Assembly: GCA_902626505.1 (NCBI GenBank)
Contig: CACOFQ010000002.1
Span: 11,409-75,408, forward strand
DNA: 64,000 bases
From: an uncultured Marinoscillum sp.
Lineage (GTDB): Bacteria; Bacteroidota; Bacteroidia; Cytophagales; MED-G16
Direction of reading: 5' to 3'
Shown here piece by piece: positions 30,960 to 40,305 of the stretch; position 1 is the first letter of the stretch, and every line of letters begins with the position of its first letter. A model generated the notes under the pieces. The model did no database searches and had not been told where the DNA came from. It was given only the letters and a program-made list of their open reading frames with translations. A program made the translations under genes and the position numbers.

Positions 30960-31499
30960 TTTCTCAGGGTTAGAAATTACAAATTCTTTCCAAGACTTTT
31001 TAGGAGTTTGATTATTAGATTTCTGATAAAAATGACATATTGCTGCGCCTAAAGCATCAGTTGCATCAAATTTCTCATTTTTTTTAATATCGAGATTTAA
31101 AATATTTTTTACCATTTCAGATAGCTGTTCTTTAGATGCATTTCCATTACCAGTAACTGATTGCTTTATTTTTTTTGGTGCATATTCTGTTATCTTAATT
31201 TTTTTAATTTCTCCTGCTAACATTGCAACACCTTGTGCTCTTCCAAGTTTAAGCATTGACTGAACATTTTTTCCAAAAAATGGAGATTCAATAGAAATTT
31301 CATTCGGATGAAATTCATCAATTAAATTATTAATCGAATCAAATATCATCTTAAGTTTTATTAGATGATTTTTTTCTTTATCCATTTTAATGACTCCATA
31401 CTGAATTGCTTTCAGCTTTTCTCCAGATCTTTTGATAATTCCAAAGCCCATTAGATTGGTTCCTGGATCTAACCCTAAAATTATTCTGTTAGATTTCAT
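30951..31499 (-). CDS. ruvC: Crossover junction endodeoxyribonuclease RuvC
   Basis: ILGLDPGTNLMGFGII catalytic Asp motif, ESPFFGKNVQSMLKLGRAQG, DATDALGAAICH. Confidence 0.9.
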   Translation of the reverse strand: MKSNRIILGLDPGTNLMGFGIIKRSGEKLKAIQYGVIKMDKEKNHLIKLKMIFDSINNLIDEFHPNEISIESPFFGKNVQSMLKLGRAQGVAMLAGEIKKIKITEYAPKKIKQSVTGNGNASKEQLSEMVKNILNLDIKKNEKFDATDALGAAICHFYQKSNNQTPKKSWKEFVISNPEKLI

Positions 31500-31557
31500 T
31501 TATGGTTTTATTAATTATTAATTTCACTACAATAAATCTATTCAAATATTATTAAAT

Positions 31558-32334
31558 ATGGATGTTTCATATATTGATTCACATGCTCATATATATTTAG
31601 ATCAATTTAGAGGTAATATTGATAATATTATCAAAAATTCTTTAAATAATAATGTTCATAAAATTTTGATGCCTAATATTAATTTAGACACTGTTGGAGA
31701 TATTTTGAAAGTTTCAGATCAATATAAAGAAATCTGTTACCCTATGCTTGGTCTTCATCCATGTTATATAAAAGATAATTTTGAATATGAGATTGATGAA
31801 ATTTTTAAAAGTTTTTCTAAAAAAATAATTGCAGTAGGCGAAATTGGCTTGGACTTTTATAGAATTAAAGAAAATAAAAAAGATCAAATTAAAGCATTTG
31901 AAATACAGTGTGAGTATGCTATAAGTAAAAATAAACCAATAGTGATTCATACTAGAAGTTCTATTGATGAGACTATAAAGATTGTAAAAAAATTTTCATC
32001 AAAAGGTCTTAAGGGTGTTTTTCATTGTTTTTCTGGCAGTCTTAATCAGGCTAATGAAATTATTGATTTAGGTTTTAAAATTGGTGTAGGAGGTGTATTA
32101 ACATTTAAAAATTCCAATCTTAAAACTGTGATTTCTCAGATTGATTTAAGTCATATTATAATGGAGACGGATAGTCCTTACTTATCTCCAGAACCGAGAA
32201 GAGGATCTGTAAATGAACCCGCTAATATTATTTATGTTTCGCAGAAACTTTCTGAAATATGTGTAGTGCCCATTGAATTAGTTTCAAATATTACTACCCA
32301 GAATGTTATAAATTTATTTGATTTGCAATCTTAA
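31558..32334 (+). CDS. TatD family metal-dependent hydrolase
   Basis: IDSHAHI, GEIGLDFYR, IVIHTR, FHCFSG, ETDSPYL motifs. Confidence 0.88.
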   Translation: MDVSYIDSHAHIYLDQFRGNIDNIIKNSLNNNVHKILMPNINLDTVGDILKVSDQYKEICYPMLGLHPCYIKDNFEYEIDEIFKSFSKKIIAVGEIGLDFYRIKENKKDQIKAFEIQCEYAISKNKPIVIHTRSSIDETIKIVKKFSSKGLKGVFHCFSGSLNQANEIIDLGFKIGVGGVLTFKNSNLKTVISQIDLSHIIMETDSPYLSPEPRRGSVNEPANIIYVSQKLSEICVVPIELVSNITTQNVINLFDLQS

Positions 32335-32336
32335 TT

Positions 32337-32425
32337 AGAGAGGTGGCCGAGTGGTCTAAGGCGCGCGCCTGGAAAGTGCGTATACGAAGCAATTTGTATC
32401 GAGGGTTCGAATCCCTTCCTCTCTG
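32337..32425 (+). tRNA. tRNA-Ser (anticodon GGA)
   Basis: Hand-folded. Acceptor AGAGAGG/CCTCTCT, 3-bp D stem GCC/GGC, anticodon stem CGCGC/GTGCG with loop CTGGAAA, 20-nt variable arm (type II), T arm GAGGG-TTCGAAT-CCCTT, discriminator G. No encoded CCA. Starts 3 nt after the tatD stop. Confidence 0.9.
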
Positions 32426-32520
32426 CTTTTAAACATACATTAAAAAATACCAGTTAGACTTTTATATTAATATTAATAATTTTATTATTGTAAATTCTAT
32501 AAAAAATAACACATTAAACT

Positions 32521-33363
32521 ATGAAAAAATTTATTACATTATTATTCGCAATTAGTCTTCTGTCATACAATGTATCTTTTTCACAAGAAGAAATTGTTGA
32601 TGATCTAACTGAAGATGCTGAAATGCAAGATGATACTTCGTCTTCTGTTGTTGACTCAGTTGTTGAAGAAACTACAATTCAAGTTGTAGAAGAAGAAGAA
32701 ATTCAAGAAGTTGTTGAGGAATCACAATCTTTTCATTATGCAATTAAGGAACAGTTTATTCAAGGTGGATGGCAATTTATGGGTATTGTTCTATTATGTC
32801 TCATATTAGGTTTAGCAGTAGCAATAGAAAGGATTATAACCTTAAATCTTGCAACAACTAATACAAAGAAACTTCTTTCTGATATAGATGACGCACTTTC
32901 TGCTAAAGGTGGTGTTGAAGCTGCTAAAGAAATTTGTAAAAATACAAGAGGTCCTGTTGCTTCTATTTTTGTTCAGGGACTTATGAGAGCTTCTGAAGGA
33001 ATAGATATGGTTGAAAAATCTATTATATCTTATGGTTCAGTAGAGATGGGTAAACTTGAAAAAGGTATGGTATGGATATCTTTATTTATATCTCTTGCAC
33101 CTATGCTTGGTTTCATGGGAACAGTTATTGGTATGATCGGTGCGTTTGATGCTATTGCTGAAGCTGGTGATGTATCTCCATCTCTTGTTGCTGGAGGTAT
33201 TAAAATTGCATTATTAACAACTGTAGGTGGACTTATTGTTGCTGTAATATTACAATTATTTTATAATTACTTAGTTTCTAAAATTGATTCTTTAGTAAAT
33301 ACTATGGAAGATGCTTCAATTTCCTTAGTTGATATTTTGGTTAGGAATAAATTATCTAAATAA
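32521..33363 (+). CDS. exbB: MotA/TolQ/ExbB proton channel family protein with acidic periplasmic N-terminal extension
   Basis: Signal peptide, acidic low-complexity stretch (EEIVDDLTEDAEMQDD...EEEEIQEVVEE). Then the three TM helices and LAPMLGFMGTVIGMIGAF motif of ExbB/TolQ. Confidence 0.85.
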   Translation: MKKFITLLFAISLLSYNVSFSQEEIVDDLTEDAEMQDDTSSSVVDSVVEETTIQVVEEEEIQEVVEESQSFHYAIKEQFIQGGWQFMGIVLLCLILGLAVAIERIITLNLATTNTKKLLSDIDDALSAKGGVEAAKEICKNTRGPVASIFVQGLMRASEGIDMVEKSIISYGSVEMGKLEKGMVWISLFISLAPMLGFMGTVIGMIGAFDAIAEAGDVSPSLVAGGIKIALLTTVGGLIVAVILQLFYNYLVSKIDSLVNTMEDASISLVDILVRNKLSK

Positions 33364-33701
33364 TGATATTATTAGATTTAGTTGATATAATTCTATATTT
33401 CGGATATGGAATGGTCATAGTAGCAGCAATGCTCGCAATTGGTTTTCCTCTATGGATAGCTTCTAAAAATCCAAAGTCTTTAGTTGGTACAGGGATTGGA
33501 TTAGGCTCAATTTTAGTGTTATTTTTTGTTGCCTGGTTGCTTTCTAGTAGTGAAGTATATTCTAGTTATGCAGAATTTGGAGTTGATGAAACACTATCAA
33601 AATTTATTGGAGGAATGTTAAATTTAGTATATATACTTGCTGGATTAGCTGTATTTGGAATAATATATTCTGAAATAACAAAATCATTTAAAAATGGCTA
33701 G
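33363..33701 (+). CDS. Small 3-TM membrane protein of unknown function inside the exbB-exbD cluster
   Basis: 112 aa, three hydrophobic helices, TAATG overlap with exbB and 8-nt overlap with exbD. This position is conserved in flavobacterial Exb clusters as far as I recall. Confidence 0.55.
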   Translation: MILLDLVDIILYFGYGMVIVAAMLAIGFPLWIASKNPKSLVGTGIGLGSILVLFFVAWLLSSSEVYSSYAEFGVDETLSKFIGGMLNLVYILAGLAVFGIIYSEITKSFKNG

Positions 33702-34329
33702 AAAAAATAGACCAACAGCTGAAATTCCTAACGGCTCAATGGCTGATATTGCATTTTTATTGCTTATTTTCTTTCTAGTAACGACAACAATTGCAAATGA
33801 TAAGGGTATAGCTATGTTATTGCCACCAAAACCAGATCCAAATCAGCCACCCCCTGAAGTGACTAAAAATGATAGAAATATTTTTAAGATTCTAGCTAAC
33901 TCACAAGACAAACTTCTAGTAGAAGATGAACCTCTTTCTGATGTTTTTGAATTAAGAGAGATGGTAAAATCATTCATTTTAAATTTTGGAAGTCCAGGTG
34001 AGGAAGGAGTTGAAATATATAATAGTTTGCCTTCATCGATGAAAGCTTATAGTTCTTCTGTTAGAAGATCAGATTATTCTGATGATCCAACTGAGGCTGT
34101 AGTATCTTTTAAGGCAGATAGAGGTACTTCATATGAATTATATGTACAGGTACTTGATCAAGTTAATGCTGCATATAATGATGTTTATGGTGAAAGGGTA
34201 GGTATATCTGCTGCTGAATTTTTACAATTAGATAGAGATGATCCTGTTCAGGATAAAAAGTATCAAGCAGCTAGACAAGGTATTCCAAGAGCAATATCTA
34301 TTGCTGAACCAAATAAAATTGCAAAATAA
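33694..34329 (+). CDS. exbD: Biopolymer transport protein ExbD/TolR (long form)
   Basis: N-terminal MADIAFLLLIFFLVTT TM anchor typical of ExbD, periplasmic domain about 170 aa. Confidence 0.8.
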   Translation: MARKNRPTAEIPNGSMADIAFLLLIFFLVTTTIANDKGIAMLLPPKPDPNQPPPEVTKNDRNIFKILANSQDKLLVEDEPLSDVFELREMVKSFILNFGSPGEEGVEIYNSLPSSMKAYSSSVRRSDYSDDPTEAVVSFKADRGTSYELYVQVLDQVNAAYNDVYGERVGISAAEFLQLDRDDPVQDKKYQAARQGIPRAISIAEPNKIAK

Positions 34330-34790
34330 TGGCGAAATTTGGAAAAAAATCAAATACTTCACAAGATATTCCAACAGCTGCTTTACCAGATATAATATTT
34401 ATGTTACTATTCTTTTTTATGGTAACAACAGTATTAAGGGAAACAGATATTCTAGTTAAGCAAATGCTACCAAAAGCTGCTCAATTATCAAAATTGGAGA
34501 GAAAATCCTTAGTTAGCTACATATACATAGGTGAACCGAAGCAAAGTAGTATTTTTGGTAAAGAACCTAAAATACAAGTTAACGATGTTTTTGTTGAGGT
34601 AGATGAAATTGTTCAATTTGTAAATCAGGAAAAAGACAAACTAAATGAAGCTGAGAGAGATCAAATTACTATGTCACTAAAAGTTGATGTAGAATCAAAA
34701 ATGGGTATTGTTTCTGATGTTCAGCAAGAATTAAGAGAAGCAAACGCAAGAAAAATTCTTTATAGTTCTGTACAATCTATAGATATTTAA
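34329..34790 (+). CDS. exbD: Biopolymer transport protein ExbD/TolR
   Basis: ALPDIIFMLLFFFMVTT TM anchor, 153 aa, TAATG overlap with the preceding exbD. Confidence 0.8.
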   Translation: MAKFGKKSNTSQDIPTAALPDIIFMLLFFFMVTTVLRETDILVKQMLPKAAQLSKLERKSLVSYIYIGEPKQSSIFGKEPKIQVNDVFVEVDEIVQFVNQEKDKLNEAERDQITMSLKVDVESKMGIVSDVQQELREANARKILYSSVQSIDI

Positions 34791-34793
34791 AGT

Positions 34794-34821
34794 AAATAAG
34801 AATTAGATTTAATTCTTATTT
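34794..34821 (+). terminator. 11-bp perfect hairpin between exbD stop and MFS start (possible weak terminator/attenuator)
   Basis: AAATAAGAATT-AGATTT-AATTCTTATTT. Starts 3 nt after the exbD stop and ends immediately before the ATG at 34822. AT-rich stem with no long T-run. Confidence 0.3.
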
Positions 34822-36108
34822 ATGTTAGGGCAATCAAAATATAGCAAAAAAGTTAATGCTTGGTGTATGTATGACTGGGCAAACTCAGTATACTCTCTTG
34901 TAATTACTACTGCTATATTTCCTATATTTTATAATTCTGTAACAACTTCAGCTTCGGGATCAGATTTAGTTAATTTTTTTGGATTAGAGATTGTTAACTC
35001 AGTTCTTTACTCATATTCTCTCTCGTTTTCATTTCTTATACTAACTATTATTCAACCTATTCTTTCTGGAATTGCAGATTACTCAGGGAATAAAAAGTTT
35101 TTTCTTAGAATTTTCATGTATTTAGGTTCATTCTCATGCATGTTTTTATATTTTTTTGAAGGACCTAACATAGAATTTGGTATTATATTTTATGTATTAG
35201 CAAGTGTTGGTTTTACAGGAAGTCTAGTTTTTTATAATGCTTTTTTACCAGAAATCTCAACTCCTGATAATTTTGATAAAATAAGTGCTAGAGGATATTC
35301 ATTTGGGTATGTTGGAAGTGTTCTATTACTAATTATCTGTCTTATCTTGATCCAAGGTTTTGAATTTTTTGGATTTGAAAATTCGAAAGAAGCAACTAAG
35401 TTCACTTTTTTATTAGTTGGAATATGGTGGATTTTATTCGCTCAAATAACATTATATTATTTAGAAGAGAAACCAAAAAAAATTATTCTTAATAAAACTA
35501 TATTAACATATGGTGCTAAAGAACTTATTAAAGTATGGAATTATATTAAGGGAGTTAAAAATTTAAAACTTTACTTATTATCATATTTCTTCTATAGTAT
35601 GGGAGTTCAAACAATCATGTTAGTAGCTTCCTATTTTGGAGATAAAGAGATAAATCTTGATCAAAATAAATTAATTTTTACAATTTTAATTATACAACTA
35701 ATTGCAATTTTTGGAGCTTATTTCTTTGCTTACGTTTCTAGATTAAGAGGAAATAAATTTTCTTTGATAATAATGAATATCTGTTGGATTATAGTTTGTA
35801 TAACTGCTTATTATGTAACAGATGAAACTAAATTTTATATTCTTGCAGCAGCAGTTGGTATGTTGATGGGAGGAATTCAGTCTCTATCTAGATCTACTTT
35901 TTCAAAGCTATTACCAAAGGAAATAGGCGATACTGCGTCTTTCTTTAATTTTTATGGAATTTCATATAATATATCAGTTGTAATTGGAACTTTTTCTTAC
36001 GGCTATATTGAACAAGTTACAGGAAGTATGAGATCAAGTGTTCTCGCTTTAACTTTATTTTTTATGTTAGGTTTAACCTTTTTAATTTTTACAAAAATTA
36101 AAAAATAA
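34822..36108 (+). CDS. MFS transporter, UMF1/Atg22-like family
   Basis: 12-TM protein with the N-terminal AWCMYDWANSVYSLVITTAIFPIF block characteristic of UMF1 family MFS proteins. Confidence 0.7.
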   Translation: MLGQSKYSKKVNAWCMYDWANSVYSLVITTAIFPIFYNSVTTSASGSDLVNFFGLEIVNSVLYSYSLSFSFLILTIIQPILSGIADYSGNKKFFLRIFMYLGSFSCMFLYFFEGPNIEFGIIFYVLASVGFTGSLVFYNAFLPEISTPDNFDKISARGYSFGYVGSVLLLIICLILIQGFEFFGFENSKEATKFTFLLVGIWWILFAQITLYYLEEKPKKIILNKTILTYGAKELIKVWNYIKGVKNLKLYLLSYFFYSMGVQTIMLVASYFGDKEINLDQNKLIFTILIIQLIAIFGAYFFAYVSRLRGNKFSLIIMNICWIIVCITAYYVTDETKFYILAAAVGMLMGGIQSLSRSTFSKLLPKEIGDTASFFNFYGISYNISVVIGTFSYGYIEQVTGSMRSSVLALTLFFMLGLTFLIFTKIKK

Positions 36109-36113
36109 TTTTA

Positions 36114-36560
36114 ATGGTAGATTTAAATATACCTGAACAGAATATAGAAATTAAAATCATTAATTCTAAAAATTATATTTTTGACTTAATAAGAAAAAAA
36201 TATCTTGTGTTAACTCCTGAGGAGTGGGTAAGGCAAAATTTGGTTAGTTATTTTATAAATGATCTTCATTACCCAAAGGGTTTAATTAAAACTGAGTCTT
36301 CCTTAAAATATAACAATTTAAAAAAGAGGTCTGATATTTTGATTTATAATAATGATATGACTCATTTTATGATTGTTGAATGTAAGTCTTATAAAATGAA
36401 ATTGAATAAATCTCACTTAAATCAATCTGCGATGTATAATAAAATATATAGAGGCAGATATTTGATGGTTTCTAATGGAATGGAGCATATTGTTTGTGAA
36501 TATGATTGGGAAAACGAAACTTTTAAATTTAGAAATTCAATCCCTGAATTTGGTAATTAA
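36114..36560 (+). CDS. Stand-alone HsdR-N-terminal-like PD-(D/E)xK fold protein
   Basis: 148 aa. LTPEEWVRQ, D...(I)VECK nuclease-fold motif (SDILIY ... MIVECKSYK). No methylase or specificity genes nearby. Confidence 0.6.
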   Translation: MVDLNIPEQNIEIKIINSKNYIFDLIRKKYLVLTPEEWVRQNLVSYFINDLHYPKGLIKTESSLKYNNLKKRSDILIYNNDMTHFMIVECKSYKMKLNKSHLNQSAMYNKIYRGRYLMVSNGMEHIVCEYDWENETFKFRNSIPEFGN

Positions 36561-37669
36561 ATTAATGAGTTGATGTTATGATATTCTACTCCAAATGCTT
36601 TTGATACGTTTTCATTTACTACTTTTCCATTTATAACATTTACTCCAGTCTTTATTTCTTTATTTTCTTTTGATGCTTTTTTCCAACCTTTATTTGCTAT
36701 TTCAATTAAGTAGGGGAGTGTTTTATTTGTAAGGGCATATGTTGATGTATATGGAACAGCTCCTGGCATATTAGCAACACAGTAGTGAACTACATTATCT
36801 ATGATAAAAATAGGATTTTGATGAGTTGTGGGAGATGATGTTTCAAAACACCCTCCTTGATCAATTGCAATATCTACCATAACACAACCATTTTTTAAAG
36901 ATTTTAATAGTTTTTTTGAAATTAATTTTGGTGCTTTAGCTCCAGCAATTAAAACTGCACCTATTATTAAATCACTATTTATAGCTTCTTTTTCTATAAT
37001 TTCTTTATTAGATAATTTACATGTTACCTTTCCTTCAAATAAATCATTTAATTCATTCAATCTATTCTGGCTAGTATCTAATATTGTTACATTAGCTTGT
37101 AATCCTACAGCCATTCTAGCTGCTTCAGTTCCTGATATCCCTCCTCCAATAATTAATACATTAGCAGGTTCAACTCCACTTACACCGCCAAGTAAAATGC
37201 CCCTCCCACCCATAGGTTTTTCAAGATATTTTGCTCCTTCTTGTGTTGCCATTCTGCCTGCAACCTCTGACATTGGTACTAATAGTGGTAATGATCCATT
37301 ATTATCTTCTACTGTTTCATATGCAATACAAACTGAATTGCTTTTAATCATTGCATCAAGTAATGGTTTATGTGATGCAAAATGAAAATAAGTAAATACT
37401 ATTTGATTTTCTTTAATAAGAGAATATTCTTCTTCAATTGGTTCCTTTACTTTAAGAATTAATTCAGATTCATTATATATAGATAGGTTATTTTCTAATA
37501 TATCAGCGCCTGCAGATATATAATCCTCATCATTAAAACTTGAGTTTAATCCTGCATTTTCTTCTATAAAAACTTTATGACCGTGAGATACTATTTCTTT
37601 AACACCATTTGGAGTAATAGCAACTCTAAATTCATTATTCTTTATCTCTTTTGGAACCCCAATTTTCAT
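36557..37669 (-). CDS. ald: Alanine dehydrogenase
   Basis: MKIGVPKEIKNNEFRVAITP N-terminus, NAD motif VLIIGGGISGTEAARMA, DIAIDQGGC. The track start at 37684 is TTG; ATG at 37669 is preferred. Confidence 0.9.
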   Translation of the reverse strand: MKIGVPKEIKNNEFRVAITPNGVKEIVSHGHKVFIEENAGLNSSFNDEDYISAGADILENNLSIYNESELILKVKEPIEEEYSLIKENQIVFTYFHFASHKPLLDAMIKSNSVCIAYETVEDNNGSLPLLVPMSEVAGRMATQEGAKYLEKPMGGRGILLGGVSGVEPANVLIIGGGISGTEAARMAVGLQANVTILDTSQNRLNELNDLFEGKVTCKLSNKEIIEKEAINSDLIIGAVLIAGAKAPKLISKKLLKSLKNGCVMVDIAIDQGGCFETSSPTTHQNPIFIIDNVVHYCVANMPGAVPYTSTYALTNKTLPYLIEIANKGWKKASKENKEIKTGVNVINGKVVNENVSKAFGVEYHNINSLI

Positions 37670-37778
37670 ATTTACAAATATCAAAGAATTATATAGATTA
37701 TATAAATTTTTAATGTTTTTTTTAATTTTATATTACACACATTTATTAAATTATTATTCTGCATTATATTTTTTTTAC

Positions 37779-37807
37779 AATATATTATTTTGTTAAAATA
37801 ATATATT
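37779..37807. promoter_or_regulatory. 13-bp perfect inverted repeat in the ald / E1 divergent promoter region (candidate operator)
   Basis: AATATATTATTTT-GTT-AAAATAATATATT. It lies in a roughly 200-bp, almost pure A/T intergenic region, so a chance occurrence is not negligible. Confidence 0.25.
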
Positions 37808-37887
37808 AAAAATATAATATTGTGATATTAAGATTATTAAAATTTCATTGGTAGCTTTTTTGTATATTTGCGATTCAAAAATCTAAT

Positions 37888-40305
37888 ATGTTTAAATTCG
37901 ATATTGACGTAAATAAATCACTTAAAATCTCAAAGAAGGATATATTAAATGATTATTATCTAATTAACGAAAGTAGGAACATTAGCCTTATTGGTCGTAA
38001 AGAAGTTTTTATGGGTAGGGCTAAATTTGGTGTATTTGGTGATGGTAAAGAGTTACCACAAATAGCAATGTCAAAGTTTTTTCAGAATGGTGATTTTAGA
38101 AGTGGTTATTATAGAGATCAAACCTTTATGATGGCTATTGATCAATTAGACTCTAATCAATTTTTTGCTCAATTATATGCAAATACAGATACAAGTTTTG
38201 ACCCTCACTCTGGGGGTAGACAAATGAATTGCCATTTTGGTACTCGTATGCTTAATGAAAAAGGTGATTGGAAGACTTTAACTGACATGAAAAACTCTGC
38301 AAGTGATGTGTCTTGTGTATCCGGTCAGATGCCTAGAATTGTTGGTCTTGGATATGCTTCTAAACTTTTTAGATTAAATAAAGAATTATCTCAAATGCAT
38401 AACTTTTCTAATAATGGTAATGAAGTAATTTTTGGAACTATAGGAGATGCAAGTACTTCAGAGGGACATTTTTGGGAATCTATCAATGCTTGTGGAGTAT
38501 TACAAATCCCTGTTGTTATGTCAATATGGGATGATGGTTATGGAATATCTGTTCCTTCTGAATATCATACAACAAGAAATGATCTGTCAAAAGTGTTATC
38601 AGGATTTCAGCGTTCATCAAAAAATGATAAAGGATTTGAATTATTTACTGTTAAAGCCTGGGATTATCAAGGTTTACTGAATGCATATTCTAAAGCTGTA
38701 AAATTTGCAAGAGAGGATCATGTCCCATCAATAATTCATGTAAAAGAAGTTACTCAACCTCAAGGCCATACTACTTCAGGATCTCATGAAAGATATAAAT
38801 CAAAAGAGAGACTACAATGGGAGAAAGATTTTTGTTGCATAAAAAAAATGAGAGAATGGATAATTGAAAATAAAATTTCAAATAATAATGAATTAGATAA
38901 AATTGAAAAAAGGGCTTTAGATAATGCTAAATCTGCAAGAGATATATCATGGAAGCAATACAGAGAACCTATTGAACAAGATCTCAATGATGCTAATGCC
39001 ATTATTACAAGAGTTGCTCAAAATAGTCCTAAAAATAAAGTGGAAATTATTCGGGAAAGAGAAAATATGTTAAATACACTCCATCCATTGAAATCTGATA
39101 TTTTTAAATCTTTAAAATTTGTTCAAAGAATAATAAGATCTGAAAATAATATTGCTAAGGGATATCTTCTAAATTTAATTAATGAGTTAGAAAGTAAATA
39201 CTTTAATCATTATAGTTCTCATCTATATAGTGAATCTAAAATGTCAGTTAAAAATATAAAAGAAGTTAGACCATCATATGATAAAGAATCAAATTTGATT
39301 GATGGTAGAGAAATAATTAATAACTTTTTTGATATAACATTTAATAATAATCCATTAGTATTTGCTGTTGGTGAAGATGTTGGGATGATAGGTGGAGTAA
39401 ATCAGGGATTTGCTGGAATTCAAGAAAAATATGGAGAGTTAAGAATAACAGATACAGGGATAAGAGAATCATCTATTATTGGTCAGGGTATTGGAGCAGC
39501 TATGAGAGGTTTAAGGCCAATTGTTGAAATCCAATACTTGGATTATGTTTATTGGGCTATTCAAACTCTATCAGATGATTTATCTACACTTCACTATAGA
39601 ACTAAAGGTGGTCAGAAAGCGCCAGTAATTATAAGAACTAGAGGACATCGTTTAGAGGGTATTTGGCATTCAGGTTCTCCTCTTGGAACTCTAATTAATA
39701 GTTTAAGAGGAATAAATATTCTAGTTCCAAGAAACTTTGTTGAGGCTGCTGGTATGTATAATACTTTATTGCTTTCTGATGAGCCTGGTATAATAATTGA
39801 GCCATTAAATTCATATCGTCTTAAAGAAAATTTACCAAATAATTTAGATAAAGTTTCTGTGGAGTTTGGTGTTCCAGAAGTAATAAAACATGGAAATGAT
39901 ATTACAATAGTAACTTATGGATCAATGTGCAGAATTGTATTAGAAGCTTCTAAACAACTAGAGGAAGTTGGAATATCATGTGAAGTAATTGATGTTAGGA
40001 CATTACTTCCATTTGATAAAACTAATAAAATTCAAGATTCTATTAAAAAAACAAATAGAGTTGTTTTTGCTGATGAAGATGTTTCTGGAGGTGCAAGTGC
40101 ATTTATGATGCAATCAGTATTAGAAAATCAAGATGGGTATTTTTATTTAGATTCTAAACCTATTACTATTCATTCTAAAGATCATAGACCTGCATATAGT
40201 ACTGATGGAGACTATTTCTCAAAACCTAATTGTGAAGAAATTTTTGATAAAGTTTATAGATTATTTAATGAACTAAACCCTAAAGCTTACCCTTCTTTAA
40301 ATTAA
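37888..40305 (+). CDS. Fused alpha/beta E1 component of a 2-oxoacid dehydrogenase (TPP-dependent)
   Basis: N-terminal E1-alpha-like half with TPP motif GTIGDASTSEGHFWESIN. An approximately 170-aa linker, then an E1-beta-like half (ITDTGIRESSIIGQGIGAAMRGLRPIVEIQYLDY, transketolase C-terminal-like region). 805 aa, as in Bacteroidetes fused E1 proteins. TATATTTG -7-like box at 37863..37870. Confidence 0.8.
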   Translation: MFKFDIDVNKSLKISKKDILNDYYLINESRNISLIGRKEVFMGRAKFGVFGDGKELPQIAMSKFFQNGDFRSGYYRDQTFMMAIDQLDSNQFFAQLYANTDTSFDPHSGGRQMNCHFGTRMLNEKGDWKTLTDMKNSASDVSCVSGQMPRIVGLGYASKLFRLNKELSQMHNFSNNGNEVIFGTIGDASTSEGHFWESINACGVLQIPVVMSIWDDGYGISVPSEYHTTRNDLSKVLSGFQRSSKNDKGFELFTVKAWDYQGLLNAYSKAVKFAREDHVPSIIHVKEVTQPQGHTTSGSHERYKSKERLQWEKDFCCIKKMREWIIENKISNNNELDKIEKRALDNAKSARDISWKQYREPIEQDLNDANAIITRVAQNSPKNKVEIIRERENMLNTLHPLKSDIFKSLKFVQRIIRSENNIAKGYLLNLINELESKYFNHYSSHLYSESKMSVKNIKEVRPSYDKESNLIDGREIINNFFDITFNNNPLVFAVGEDVGMIGGVNQGFAGIQEKYGELRITDTGIRESSIIGQGIGAAMRGLRPIVEIQYLDYVYWAIQTLSDDLSTLHYRTKGGQKAPVIIRTRGHRLEGIWHSGSPLGTLINSLRGINILVPRNFVEAAGMYNTLLLSDEPGIIIEPLNSYRLKENLPNNLDKVSVEFGVPEVIKHGNDITIVTYGSMCRIVLEASKQLEEVGISCEVIDVRTLLPFDKTNKIQDSIKKTNRVVFADEDVSGGASAFMMQSVLENQDGYFYLDSKPITIHSKDHRPAYSTDGDYFSKPNCEEIFDKVYRLFNELNPKAYPSLN

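Noticed and set aside
36114-36560. HsdR-N-like gene as evidence of a type I restriction-modification or other defence system
   Set aside because: It is a 148-aa stand-alone PD-(D/E)xK-fold protein with no helicase, methyltransferase or specificity subunit nearby. The flanking genes are a transporter and ald. It looks like a conserved housekeeping orphan, not a defence island.
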